Positions 13,303-26,830 of a stretch of 64,000 nt of DNA are shown piece after piece. Each line of letters starts with the position of its first letter. The stretch's first letter is position 1. This DNA is from Lama guanicoe. Taxonomy: Eukaryota. The notes under the pieces were generated by a model. It was given only the letters and a program-made list of their open reading frames with translations. It made no database searches and was not told where the DNA came from. A program made the position numbers and the translations under genes. Location of the stretch: NCBI GenBank assembly GCA_013239625.1, contig MU054212.1, positions 6,856,270 through 6,920,269 of the forward strand, written 5' to 3'.

Positions 13303-14634
13303 TTTAGCTCCCTGAGGAAAAATGGGAATATTTCCAGTTGTTTCACATAGTTTTTATAAATTAAATAGTCAGGACAGCATAATAATGATAATGTCATGTG
13401 TGACTGATGATTTATAATGGGGGAGGGGACAATTGCAGGGCCTTACACACGCTGGAAATGCATAGCTTGGTGACCGCCACATTGGAGGTGTGTAATAGAC
13501 AGTAACTATTTTTATTTTCTCTTATTTCATGTAGTAAAGAGACGCTGAAGTGAAAATACTCTGCAGTGAAGAAGCAGAGATGCAAAGATAAAGGAAGAAA
13601 GAAAGATATCTCATAAAAGGGAGAATTAACTAAGACCTTGTAAGAGGGAAAAATGGAAACATACAAAAGGTTTCCTACAGCAGAGAGTAATAACAGAAAA
13701 ACCAGTGACTAGTTCTCAGGGCAAACACCTCTTCCTGTAAAGTACTTTTTAGGTATATTGACTAGAACTGTCACAATGTGTCTAAGCTTCATTTCCATGA
13801 GATCCTACAGTTTTACATAGTATCTATGTTGCAATGGTTATAACAGTATTAATATTAAGAATGGAGAAATGTTATCATGAAGTCATATATAGTATTGTAT
13901 TGACTGTTATTTATTTCCTTTTTAGCTTTTTGAGTTACTGACACATTATTGCAGCAAAACATATGTAGGGTCAATTCATGCTGAATAGTTATTAGAAACC
14001 ATGATAACAAAAGTCATTACACTGCAGTTCAGTTTTGACAGTAAAATTTCTGCAACATTATCACAAATCCTCATGCATTAGTGCAATGATCCTTACTATA
14101 GTTTCATATTAGAACCAAAAGATTGCTGTAGCATGCTTGATACAAAAAGTCAAGCAAGCCAAATTCTTTTCTGCTTTTACAGATAACATTTTTGCTCTTT
14201 TTCTATATACATCATGCAGATAGTAGCTTTGTTTTATATACTTTTCTCAATAACCTATGAGTACATTGCATATATATTTCTTTAAAGTGAGGATTTTTCT
14301 TGAAATGCAACACAATTTTGATTACCAGCACCAAAGGAAATAATTTGAAAATGATTTTATATCTGGCACAACTTCACAAAATTCTAAAGCTATATTATTC
14401 ACTGCATTATCTTTCTTTTTCTCAGGTAAGTGCTGGCTGTGGGTATAAGGGTTTTTTTTTAATCAGTGATTTTCTATAATGGAATAGTACAAGATTTTAA
14501 AAGGCACATCTGTCATATTAAGGATGACTTTTATAGAAAAGCTGAGAGTAACCCTTCAGCTGACAAAGGGAAATATTTTCAATGTCTATCTGTCTACAAT
14601 ATTTTTCAAGTCATTTTTTAAAATTAAAATGTAC

Positions 14635-16060
14635 TTTTTTAGATTTTGAGGTACAATTTTGACATATACTATTACATTCATTTCAGCTGTACAACATAAT
14701 AATTTGATATTTGTGTACATTGCAAAGTGACCAGCACAGTAAGTCTAGTTACCATCTACCACCACACAAAGTTAGCTTTCAGGGTTTACCCTCTTGCAAT
14801 TTTCTAGTAGGTCTACAATGACTGACTATAGTCACCATGCTGCAACCATTCTACTCTCTTTATCTATGCTTTTTGTTCTGTTTTGTTTGTGTTTTAGATG
14901 CCAGATATAAGTGAAATCATATGGTATTTGTCTTTCTCTTATTTCACTTGGCATTATACCCTCTGGGTCCATCTATGTTGTCACAAATGGCAAGATTTAA
15001 TTCTTTTGTTTATGGCTGAGTAGTATTTAATTGTGTGTGTGTATGTGTGTGTATACACACAATTGTATATGTATATATGTATGTGTATGTGTATGTATAT
15101 ATCATATCTTCTTTCTCCATTCATCCCTCAACGGACCCTTACGCTATTTTCGTATGTTGGCTATTGTAAGTAATGCTGCTATGAAGATGGAGTGCGTGTA
15201 TCTTTTCAAATTAGTTTTCATTTTCTTTGGATAAATACTCAGAAGTGGAATTGCTGGATCATTTGATAGTTCTATTTGTAACTTTCTGAGGAGGCTCCGT
15301 ACTGTTTCCCATAATGACTGCACTAATTCTCATTCTCATCAACAGTGCTCCACATCCTCTCCAACACCTGTCACTTATCTTTTTTCATAATAGCCAATCT
15401 AACAGGTTTGAGGTAATATTTCATCGTGGCTTTGATCCGTATTTTCCTGATGATTAATGATGTTAAGCACCTTTTCATGTACGTGTTAGTCTTCTGTATG
15501 CCTTCTTTGGAAAAATGTCCATTCAGATCCTCTGTTCATTTTCATAATCAAATTGTTTGTCTGTTTGCTATTGATTTTTCTGAGTTCTTTATATAGTTTG
15601 GATATTAATTTATCATTATGCAATGCCCTTATTGTCTTTTATTACAGTCTTTGTTTTAAAGTTTATTTTGTCTGTTATAACTACACAAGCTTTTTTTTGT
15701 TCAATTCTATTTGCACAGAATATCTTTTTCCATCCCTTTGCTTTGTCCTAATATCTGAAGTGCGGCTCTTGTAGGCAGCATATAGATGAGTTTTCTGTTT
15801 GTTTGTTTTTTTTAAAACCCATTCAGCCACTCTATGTCTTTTAATTGGAGAATTTAGCCTATTTATATTGAAAGTAATTATTGATAGGTATGTACTTTGC
15901 CATTTTGTTAATTGTTTTCTGGCTGTTTTTGTAGTTCCTCTCTCTTCTTTTTTCCTTGCCTGCTCTCTTTCCTGGTGGATTTATATCTTTCTTCAGTCTT
16001 ATGTTTATATTCCTTTCCCATTTTCTTTCATGTATTTACTATCGATTTCTACTTTGTGGA
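14635..16060 (-). mobile_element. L1 (L1MA-like): 3' end joined to an ORF1/ORF2-junction segment
   Basis: 3' UTR and ORF2 end at 14635-15610 ('agaagtggaattgctggatca', 'ttctttggaaaaatgtccattcag'). Then 'tcttgtaggcagcatatagatg...cattcagccactctatgtcttttaattggag' from the ORF2 5' region. Confidence 0.85.
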
Positions 16061-16864
16061 ATGTAAGTCCCCTTCGCCACCAAAGCCAAGTGATCAAGGG
16101 GCATCCCCTGTGTGGATTACATGTACCCACTGGCTTTAGCAAAGCAACTGGAGAGTGCAGGGGGTGGGACATCATTGCTGGCTTCATCAAGGTAGAGGGG
16201 GAAATGCCTTGACTACATGCATGCCAGCTTCATTGGTGCAACTGCAGCATCTTGTTGCATGTGGCTACTGGCTTTAGCAAGGGGCTAGTAGAATGCTGTG
16301 ACTACTGCTACTCACTGTCCCCAGTCAAGGAGAGGGAAGTGTTGCAAATGTCCAGGCTCCACTGACTTTAGCAAGCGATGACCACTCTCCCCTGAAGGCC
16401 TTAGCAAGGTAATGGGAGGGTGCTCTCTCCCCATAATTCATCCCATGTTCTCAAGTTGCATCAACTCTTTAATACCTATTATAGACTAGAAGGTCTTTTG
16501 AAGCCATATCAAGATTTGGTACAAGAAGTAAGGGACATATATTTATCTAAAAAAAAAATCTGTAGTCATATCCTCTATATGCAAATTAGACTGTGGAAAA
16601 CTATTATAGATAGTTTAATATTTAAAATTTGTATTTATGTTCTATAAGGTTGTTGAAAAACTTAAATAATATTACACAGAAAGACTTGCAAAGTATGTAA
16701 CACACAGGAAGTGCTTTATAGATGTTAATTATTACTATAGTTTTTTACAACAATCCGCTAGGGAGACGCTAATATTCCCATTCTTCAGAGGCTCAGAGGG
16801 ATTATATATGTATATAATACATTCATTTCTATCTCTTTGTCTAAATCTCTTCCTCTCTATATAT

Positions 16865-17111
16865 TAGGGTCTCTTTACCTTAGCTCTGTTGCCATTTCAG
16901 GGCAGAAATGTTTGTGGCGTGTGGTGAGGGGAGGGCTGTCCTGTGTATTGTAGGAATTTTAGCAGCATCCCTGGCCTCTGTCCATTAGATGCCAGGAGCA
17001 CTCCTCCCAACCCCACTACCACCCTGATGTGATTACCGAAAATGTCCCCAGGCACTGCCAGATATCCACACATCCTCTGTAGGGTAAAACAGTCCTCAGT
17101 GAGAACCACTG
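16865..17111 (-). mobile_element. MER20 (hAT-Charlie) DNA transposon
   Basis: 'gggctgtcctgtgtattgtagga..tttagcagcatccctggcctct..ccattagatgccag', ending 'tgagaaccactg'. Confidence 0.9.
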
Positions 17112-17497
17112 ATGATATATATGTGTGTGAGTGTGTGTGCTTGTGCTCACATACCTGTGTCCTAAGAAAGGGAGGCAGAGATACTGATGGGGTCATTACA
17201 TAGCTGTTGTAGGCAAAATCTATTTTAAAATTATGGTTTTCCTAGCAAAGAAATGAATTTCCATCTACACTGAAACAAGCACATAAAAATCACCACTCGA
17301 AGCCCATTTTTAATACATGCAAGATAACAAGCAATACGAAATACTTATAAAAATGAAAACTAAAACAGCTTTCACATTTCTTTAGGAAAATAATTTTGTT
17401 TATTGCTAGAATTGACTTAGACTCCTCACCAAATCAATGCAAAGTGAGTTTTAGAGGAAACCCACATTTGAAAACAGAAAAAGGGAAGAGACTGTTT

Positions 17498-17628
17498 TTA
17501 TTCCACTGTATATTCCTGCCTCCTTTGTCGAAGATGAGTTGACCAAAAGTTTGTGGGTTCATTTCTGGGCTCTCTATTCTGTTCCTTTGGTCTATATGTC
17601 TGTTTTTGTACCGATACCATGCTGTCTT
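17498..17628 (-). mobile_element. Short young L1 ORF2 internal fragment
   Basis: 'ttcctgcctcctttgtcgaagat..ttgacc..tgtgggttcatttctgggctctctattctgttcc'. Confidence 0.85.
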
Positions 17629-18703
17629 CAGATCTCTGAATTATACAGTACTTTTGAGAATTTATATGGAAACTGCTATGGAGGCCTAGGGAATACAGAT
17701 TAAACAGCAAAACTTCCTGCTTCGTCCTTTGGTGAAGTGAAGAGAGGATGTTGTTGGGCTGGTTCTATGGTCTGTTCTAGGAAAGATTCCCTTGGACTCT
17801 GGAGATCACAGCCTTCAGCATGGAAGCTGAGATGAGGTAGTATATTCCTATGCCTTTTATTGTATCTTTGTCAGTACAATGGATGATTAATAATTTATTT
17901 TTGAATAACTGAATGAATGAATGAAGTGTCTGAATTCCTTGAGGCCCAGAAGTATCCCTCAGAGCTCTGGAGTAGTCCTCTGACCCATGTCCCTTCGTGA
18001 CTCCTTCACAAGCTCAGGTCACTTAAAGATAATGCTCCAATCTGAGCATATCCGTGGCAGTAACTCACTACTTCCAGCTGCCAGTCCACTCAAACTCGGG
18101 AAAAATATCACAGCACATGCTCGTCTACAGACTCTTGGAGGCAATATTTGAACCTAAATTAAGGCAACTGTGTCCTAGGCCAACTTGTTTTCTAACTAAC
18201 TGTCTGTGTGTTAAATCCCTGAACCACTCTGGCCTTAATTTTCCTTATCCTGTAAAATGGTCTTCTAAAGAGATGCATAAAGTTTCTAAAGGCGCTCCTA
18301 GTTTCAAAAGTTTTACAATTCAAGAGTTGTGAAACTGATCTATAACCCTTATGGAAATTAAACAGCTTCTAAATAAATAGATAGTCTTTCCCCACCAGAA
18401 AAACCATCATTGAAAAGGTGGCTTCAATGAAATAAAATTACAAAAACAATTAGTGAATCAAATAACCTGTTTCAGTTGGACAGCAGAGACATAATGTATG
18501 ATATTATGTAGTTTTTACGTGATTCATAGAAGCCGATGAGGCATGTGTAGGATTGTTCAGTCATGCTATAGCAGAGAGGGAGCACCATGGTTAGGCAATG
18601 GCTGAATGTAGAAAATGCTGAGTCTGTTCCCTCTCAAGTCAGTCTTCCTCTACCCAGGTGACCATATGACACACTCAATCTCGGTACCATATCTTATAAA
18701 GGA

Positions 18704-18781
18704 GATGAAGATGATGATGATGATGATGATGATGATGATAATAATAATAATAGCAGTAATAATAATAATAATAATAATAAA
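18704..18781. repeat. Compound (GAT)n/(AAT)n microsatellite within a MIR remnant
   Basis: Seen directly; it explains the poly-M/poly-I ORFs. Confidence 0.95.
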
Positions 18782-21700
18782 AATAGAAAATTTTCCTGAA
18801 TTTCTAAGGGATATTTCAAAGACAACGTTTGCAAACCACATGGCACAGACACCTGGTTCACTTAGTGCTTGTTAAGCACTGACTGATTGTGTAATAATTT
18901 ATAGTCTCATAGTAAGAAAGTGCTGAGAATTGGAGTAGGGCAAAAGTTAAGCTTTATAAGTAATTTAAAAAGAAATTAAAATATATTTTAACCAATTTTG
19001 GAAGAGATCTTGTTTTTAGCCAACAGAACTATTAACACCTGCATGCTTTGCTTAGCTCACCTTTCTTTGCAGGCCTGAAGAACTTGAGATAGCCATTAAA
19101 ACAAGCACATGGTGATTTTATCAATATATTCATGGATTTTTGAAGAAATATGAAAAATACATCTGAAAGCTTTCAATAAAAATGATGAAAATGCCCATTT
19201 TCACACAACATACAAGCTGTGTGTACAATTTTTCCTTCATTCCTCTTTAATGTTATTGTAAGTTTTTAGATCTGAGAAGTTTTAGATGGATTCTGTTCTA
19301 TCATTACCCGTGAACAGGGCTAATAAGAATTTTACATAACTATTTTTGTTTGTTTCTGACTTTTAAAGGGTAAAATATCCACCACTGCAAATTTTAAAGA
19401 TACAGGAAAGTATCAAGAAACGTGCAAAAGAAGCAGATATAATTCTATCACCTATTCTAAGATTTGAGCCACATATATACAAAACTTTGTTCAGGAAGGG
19501 GACATTATTTTTATATTTGATTTGTTTTACTCTTACATTAAGCTTTCTTTGCTATGCTTGGTCTAAAAGTACTAAGAAGTAGAAAAGGGTATAATTTGTG
19601 TAGAAAGAAAAATACTCCCTAAGAAGCATGATGATTAAAATATAATTATTTCTTGTGCTAAAAAATGTATATTCAGAAGCAATGAAATTATTCTAAAACA
19701 GGCAAAAGATACAAAAAATTTCATTTTATCTGACAAGGAAATTCAACAAGGGACTCAGAGGTTGAGGAGTACTTTCATGCACCCCAAACTAAACTGGACA
19801 AAGGAAATGCTGCAATATCAAGGAAATGGACTAAAATATTAAAGGGTTTTCTCAGTGTTGATGGCCAAATTCCATCCTGTAAGCAGTGCATTAGACACTA
19901 ATGACATACGATTTCTCACTGACAGATTTAACAGCATCAATAAGGCCTCTCTGTCCATTGCAGCAAATTGATCCTACATGACATGGACAAGGGCAGCCTG
20001 CACTTAATGACCTCCATCGCTGAAGGATGGAAATGAAAAATGATTGGAAGTACAAATAAATCTTTGAAAGTTTCCCTGAAACAGGTGTGCTAAAAGTGAT
20101 TCGTTTGAGGGATCATCACAAACATAAACCCAATCTCTTAGCATGCCCCACTTTCTGTTCAGACCAGAGTTTCCCTCCTTGGTTCTTGAATCAGGACGTG
20201 CTTTAATTCTAAAACTGACATCAAGACAATTTGGTTCTTACTATGTAAATACTATGTTAGGGTTCTCCCTTAAAGATCTGAGTTCTTCACTATTTACACG
20301 GGTATCTAATATATTTGTCATCTGCCACCAAAGGATTCTATACAAACTGATAAAAGATACACATAAAATTTATTTTTGTTTCCCTCCTGGTTAGAAAAGG
20401 AAATACAGTAGAGCCATTGATTATTTTATCCTCCTCAATTATCAACTGAAACATGTTTAAACTCAATAAGAATGTCAAATGCACGAAGTGGCTGGACAAA
20501 ACCCCATGGATACATTGATGCCCTTTCTCTGAATCCTGCATGATGGCATGAGGACACTAAGATTCTGGCTTATAGTTGCATTCTCAGTTCTTTCCGAAAC
20601 ACACTTATTTCTCTATCTACCTTCATCTTGCTACTGCTTCAATACAAACCTCTAAGAGAAAAATACACACTCTCTCCTGATACATCTGGAAGCTTTAACT
20701 CGCATGAGAATAGATGGGTCGGAAACATAGGGCGCGGCTAAGCAGGACATCAGATGAATATAATAGTTACTCACAGTTGCACAGTAACTTTTATTTTCAA
20801 AGAAACTCTGGAGGGCTCTATCAATCCTAAACAATTTTCCTCCAAGGTAAACTTCACTTTACAGATATGAAAACAGTCAGAAATGATAAATAATTTGCCA
20901 AGATCACTGAGCTAGTAATTGGTAAAGCTTACACTCAAATCCTGGCCATCTGTCTTCCCACTATTCCATAGTAATGAGGGATAAATACAGTACTGAAATT
21001 CTGAACTACTAATTTATAGTATAGTAGTCTGAGAGACAACAATAGGAGAAAGGATCTATTAGTGGCCTACTGGCTTTACAGGTAGGTGAAATGTTAAAAA
21101 ATAATTAATGCCTCTAGTTTTTGAAATTTAAATTCTGGGAAGAAACAAAGATTCAAAAGAAAATAACTTTCTTGTTAATGAGTAACTGGAGAAGAATATA
21201 GAGGGAGTGGATGTATCTTAACACCCTAGGAATGGAGCTTTACTTTTTGATTTGTGGCGTATTATGTGCTTTACTTTTCCACTTTTAGTATTACAGAAGA
21301 TCTTAGAAAATATATTGGAATTTCTGGTGATTTCCAGTAATCAGAGAGGGTCAACTATTTTGTCAAGTTTCTAATTAAGCTTCATATTTAGCAAGAAAAT
21401 AGAAACCAAAACATAGAGCCCATACATCATGAGGACAAATTAGAGTTGTATCATGGTAAGCTATCCATAGATAGAACTGAAATTTGAAGCATATGATAAT
21501 ATATTTAAATTAATGAACGACAAAAATTTGGTATTTCAGGTCATAATAATTACAAGAAAATGGTATAAAATAGTGGATTAGAAACTAAGTTTTTTCATTT
21601 CTCAAATGTCCTTTCAAAATTCAATTTCAAAACGTTGATAAAAATACACAAAACTTTACAAAAAGAAAACATGCTATTTGGTGGCATACAAAAGACCACC

Positions 21701-24700
21701 ATAAGATTGGAGACCCCACGACTGACCACTTGTTACTTTTTCTGGAACATATGTCAAGTAAAAAATTATTTTTTAAAAAATAAGAGAAACCTACCTGTTT
21801 CTTATCTCTAACTGAGCCATCAAGTGATAGCTGTCTGTCATACAGGTTCAAATAGTTGTCCTTTTCTGTTAAGAAAATGGTCTGTAATTTCTGATACTCT
21901 TGAGCTAAATGTAGATTTTCTTCTAGTGAATCTTCTTGTATTTTCTAGAAGATAAATATATACATATATTTAGTTAAAATCACTTAATTTATGTTTGAAT
22001 TTTTACATCATTTGAATTATTTAAAATTGTTACATTATATATATTGTAGAAAAATAATAAAACCAAAAGGATGCTTCCCCTGACACAAATACCATCTCTG
22101 AATTTAACAATTTTCTTTCTTGATGCAGGTTTTTTGTTTATTTATTTTTTGAACATTGACGCATCAGAGTCTGACTTTTAATGCTTTTCTTTTCTGTACT
22201 TCCCTTCACAATGCATTGGGAAGTACCCAGTTCTTGGAGGCTTCACTCAGTATCGTAGGAGATTTCCTCCAGCTTTGCATCCCTTTTCCTTTTCTCAAGT
22301 GCTCAGATAGGTAGAAGACATTTGGAAGCTCAGAATCCCATTTCCAAGAAGTTCAGAGTGGTGGCACTCACAGAAAACATTCAAAACACAGAGAAGTAAA
22401 GAGTGAAAAAGGTAAGGAGCAAGCAATTCAATATTTAGAAGCACCCAGAGAAACTGGTTGTTACTACTATGTATACTTTAACTATATTAAAGGCTAAATT
22501 GGATTCTGTGAGTGGTTGAGAATTTTATAACATCCCTCATGACTAATACATATATATCAAATCTAATACAAATGCCTTAGAATGTAACTTTTGCCAACAT
22601 CACCCACTGGCAAATTAGGGGCTGCCTATCATTTTAAATTAGATGTATGATTCAGTTTAGTTGCTGATTCTTTTTACATTTCTAGCACAGAAAACTTTCT
22701 TTGGCTGCTTCAAAAAATACAGAATTTATCAACAGCCTTAAATATTTTCAAACCTGTTAATCTAGTAATTCATCCTATGGAAATTTATTCTAAGCAAAAA
22801 GCTTTATTTGTTACCACGTCATTTATAGTAGCAAAAAGTTTTCAAAACACATAAATGCAGATTAATCATGATGACAATAATGAGGATTAAATAACTAGAT
22901 ATGAAAATAACCATTGTGATGTAATTAAGAATGTTTCTTTGGAAAAACTGCCATCACATCAAACCTTTAGTATAAGTTGTTAAAAAAATATATTGCAGTA
23001 TGAGAATGTGCACAGAGGAAATGTAATTCAGCAGAAAATTGCCTGTACAAATATTTCTGTATTTACACACTTGAAGATTTATTAAGGTCAACCAACATAT
23101 TTCTCATGAAAGCCTGGTATCCATATTGATCCCTAATGATTAATACTATGTCACAGGCGCTCCTCAAAAAAGCCAAATGATGAACTGAGAACCGTTTTAA
23201 GTGTCCTTGTCCTAATTCTGGCACAATGATTTAAAACTTCATAAACTTCTATCTAATAAACTTGCTTAAAAATCACAGAATCTTCTTTTGGTAGGAGGAC
23301 AGAGTGTCTATGAATACTTTTCTTTGGTGCAGATACCCAAAGATGGTTACCATTCCTTTTGATATCTTAACACTAATATTAACCTCAAGGGACGAACTTG
23401 GGACTTTGACACATGTTCTCCTGGAGGCTGGAGAAGAAACATTTTTGAGTTTTTTGTTTGTTGTCTGATTTAACACAAGCACAATGTTGAGACCTGAGAT
23501 ACTCTACTTCTCAATTACATTTCTTTCAAGACTCTGATGGTAACTATAAACACTGAATTTGAGAGGAGTGCTACAAAGGCTGTGGGATTTGTTTCAAACC
23601 TACTTAATGGAACTTAATTGGGGATATATTTGGTACTTTTATGCTTTACTCATTGTGTAATGTACAGTTTTATTTCCAAATATTATATATACTTTCAATT
23701 TCTGTATTACACCAGTTCTTACTGTTTTATATAGCATGATTAGAGAAATCAAGTTGTGTAGTTAGGCCAATGAATCTTCAAAACATTGTTCCATCAGTCA
23801 CGATATTTTACATTATCATTTCTCAGTAATAAAGGTAGAGGAGGATTTACCAACTCACTACCTATTCCTGAAAGTCAGTGACCTTCAGATGTGCAATGAA
23901 GTTTAAGTTTTTTAATTCTAAATAATGATATTCTGCTGACACTGCAAATGTTTTTTATGTTTAACTGTAGTTCCACATCACAACTCTGACTGGCTTAATT
24001 TTAACCAATAGTATTATAATATGCAAGTGAGATAAAGAGGGAAGGATAATTACTGGTGGATATATGTCCAGGGGAATTAATGCTACTACTACAGGAGTTG
24101 AAAAGCTAGCAGCAGAAGATATTATACAAGGGCACAAAAGTTGGAGTTGGCCCTATAATAAAAACCCTATAATAAAAAGGTGAGAAAAAAGAAGGCTCTA
24201 ATAAGAGAAGTAAGATGACTTTTCATATGCTTTTTATTCAAATCCAGTTGAATCTTATCAGTAGAATCGTTCTACTTAAGGTCTTGACTAAGCACAAATT
24301 TGAAAAAAAAAGTTTGTTTCAAAAATATTAAAGAGAAATTTGATTGCAATCTTTATAGGTTAAAATAACTGCTCTTTGAGTTGAATTACAATATTATTTT
24401 ATTTATTCATTCATTTACTCATTTCCACTCAGTTGCTTATTCAAAACTTTCTATTTAGTAACTACTATATATCAAGCTCTAAGATGTAATGGTGAAACTC
24501 AAGAATTTGTGGCCTTATTGGAAAGATTTATATTAAAAATCACAGAAATATATAAATAGAGTGTAGAATTCATAATCTCTTGCATTTTTTTGTTTTCCAT
24601 ATAGATTAAATTCACCCCAAAGGTATAAATTAATATTGTAACGCTTTCTCAAAGCTACGTTTATTGGTATTTATTCAATTCCTATTATTAGTGATTATTG

Positions 24701-24759
24701 TGATGAAACATTGGGAATCTGGCTCGATGAAGAGAAGAGACATAGTGAATATCTATTAA

Positions 24760-25287
24760 TCATTTCCATGGCCACAGAAATATTTTCATTCCCACACATT
24801 CTTCTAGAACCTTGTCACTCCCTATCAGGAAGCACAGTCTATTTCTCCTTCCATTGAACGTGGGTAGACTTGTGGCTTTTCCAGTCAACCTAGTATGGTG
24901 GAAATGATGCTGTGTGACTTCCTGGGCTAGTTTATTAAAAAGTTTATTAAAAAAGTAAACAGCTTCTGCCTGGCCCTCTCTTTGGGGACATTCACCCTTG
25001 GACCAGGCACTATGTTGTGAGGAATCCAGGCCACATTTAGAGGTTATGTGTAGATGTTCCAGCCAACAACCCCAGCCCAGGTCTCAGGTATCAGCATCGA
25101 CTGTGAGTGAATGAGTCAGCTGAACATGATTCCAATGCTTAGTCTTCAAATCATCCAGCTGATGGTTGAGAACATTTGAGAAGAGACAAGTTGGCTTTGC
25201 TACATCCTGTCCAGATTTTTGACATAGAATCCTGAGCTGTGACGTTTTAGGGTATTTATTATGTGATCACAGCAACTGAAACGAACA
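24760..25287 (+). mobile_element. MLT1 (G/H-like) MaLR LTR
   Basis: 'gaaatgatgctgtgtgacttcctgggctag', 'agcttctgcctggccctctct', 'tatgttgtgaggaatccaggccaca'. Confidence 0.8.
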
Positions 25288-26529
25288 CCAGGCATTTTGC
25301 ACAACGTTACATACCTACAGAGTAGAGGACCAGGGCTTTGCAGCCAGGCAGACTGGCTCCAGGTCCCACACTCTTTACCATCCAATATACTCCCTTCATA
25401 AACATAGGCCAGCACTCTTCAACACTACATAATGCTGTCTTTATAAAACCCAATGACTTTAAACAATCAAATCAAATTACAGAATTACATTGTTTTGAGC
25501 CTATTTCCACCAGCCAATTGTCTTTTCATAATCTGGCTAACATGTAGTTTGTCAACATAGATAAACTGGGCTCCTGAAGGAAATTATAACTTGGTCCCCT
25601 TGGAAGCTACTTTTTGCTGTAAGTCAATATGGCCACGCTGGTTACGTATAACCGGTCTTGTGTTTTCCGATCTCCATGGTTCCTTATTCCATGATTTGAT
25701 CAGGCCAGATGCATTCACTGGCAAGACTATGTGCCGAGTGCACAGACCTTTACAGGTGAGGCTTGCACAACTCTGGGCTACGGTTGAATGCAGCAGAGTA
25801 ATGCTACACGTTGTGACCTCTGGAGGTCCAGCCAGAAACTCTTACTCTGGAGAAAGCCTAAATCCATTTGAACTTTTTTTTGGGGGGGGGGTCATTTTTA
25901 ATTTAAGATGGGCTACTGGCAAAGAATATTACAAGAAAAAAACTTGATCTTAACATTCTAGAGAGACGGTTATGATTAAAATATTTACACTGTACATGTA
26001 CATGTAGAAAACCAACATAGCTATAAACAAATGTTTAAATGTTATTAAAATAGTCCTAGTGTCTATGACTAAATTTATAGCAGTGAGTTATCTATACTCT
26101 CAGTTACTCTTAATACAGGCATCAGGATCCAGTTCACCAGGCAGAGGGCTTAAGTCCTTCTCTCAATTACGCATTCATTGTAAAAGAGTTGTCATCTTTT
26201 GACCCAGTTCTAACTCTAACTGTCCTATCCTAACGTGATTATGTGTGCCAGTCTCACATGATCTTTTCTGATGATCTGTCTATCGTCTCCCAAGTCTTGG
26301 TTGTTAGTAGTCTACTGCAGACAGCTCCTTGCTTTTTTGCTTCTTGCCAGGGCTCTGCTGGCTGTCACTGCCATGTCTGTGTTCCTAAACAGACTGCACC
26401 ACACTCACTTTATTTTAGTCCCATGATTGGAAAGAACTGACTTTCTGCCAGAACCACCCAAAAGCAAACGTGGTATTGCTGGTTCTTATTGATCAGTGTT
26501 CCTCTAGAGCACCTTCCTGTCTAGCCTGC

Positions 26530-26830
26530 ATCCATTTATTTGTTCATTCAGTTACTTCTTCAGCAAACCCTAGTAGGTTTACCTTATATGTCCAGCTTTA
26601 TGGCTACCCCTGGGATTAAAGAGATTGGTGGGATGTGATCCCTTTTTACCAGGGATTACAGGCTGGCCTGGGAGGAGGCAGAGGTATTTCTTGATACACT
26701 GAATTGATTCTATCAGGGGCGGAAAGTGGGGTCAGAAAAGGCTTCACAGAAGAAATTATCATTGACATGAATCTTAGAACAATCATTTTATTTGGCAGAG
26801 ATCTAAGATGTCCTGCCATATGGGTCAGCA
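26530..26830 (-). mobile_element. L2 fragment
   Basis: 'catccatttatttgttcattcag' tail and 'gggtcagaaaaggcttcacagaagaa'. Confidence 0.6.

Noticed and set aside
18615..18875. Poly-Met/poly-Ile ORFs
   Set aside because: They are translations of the microsatellite.
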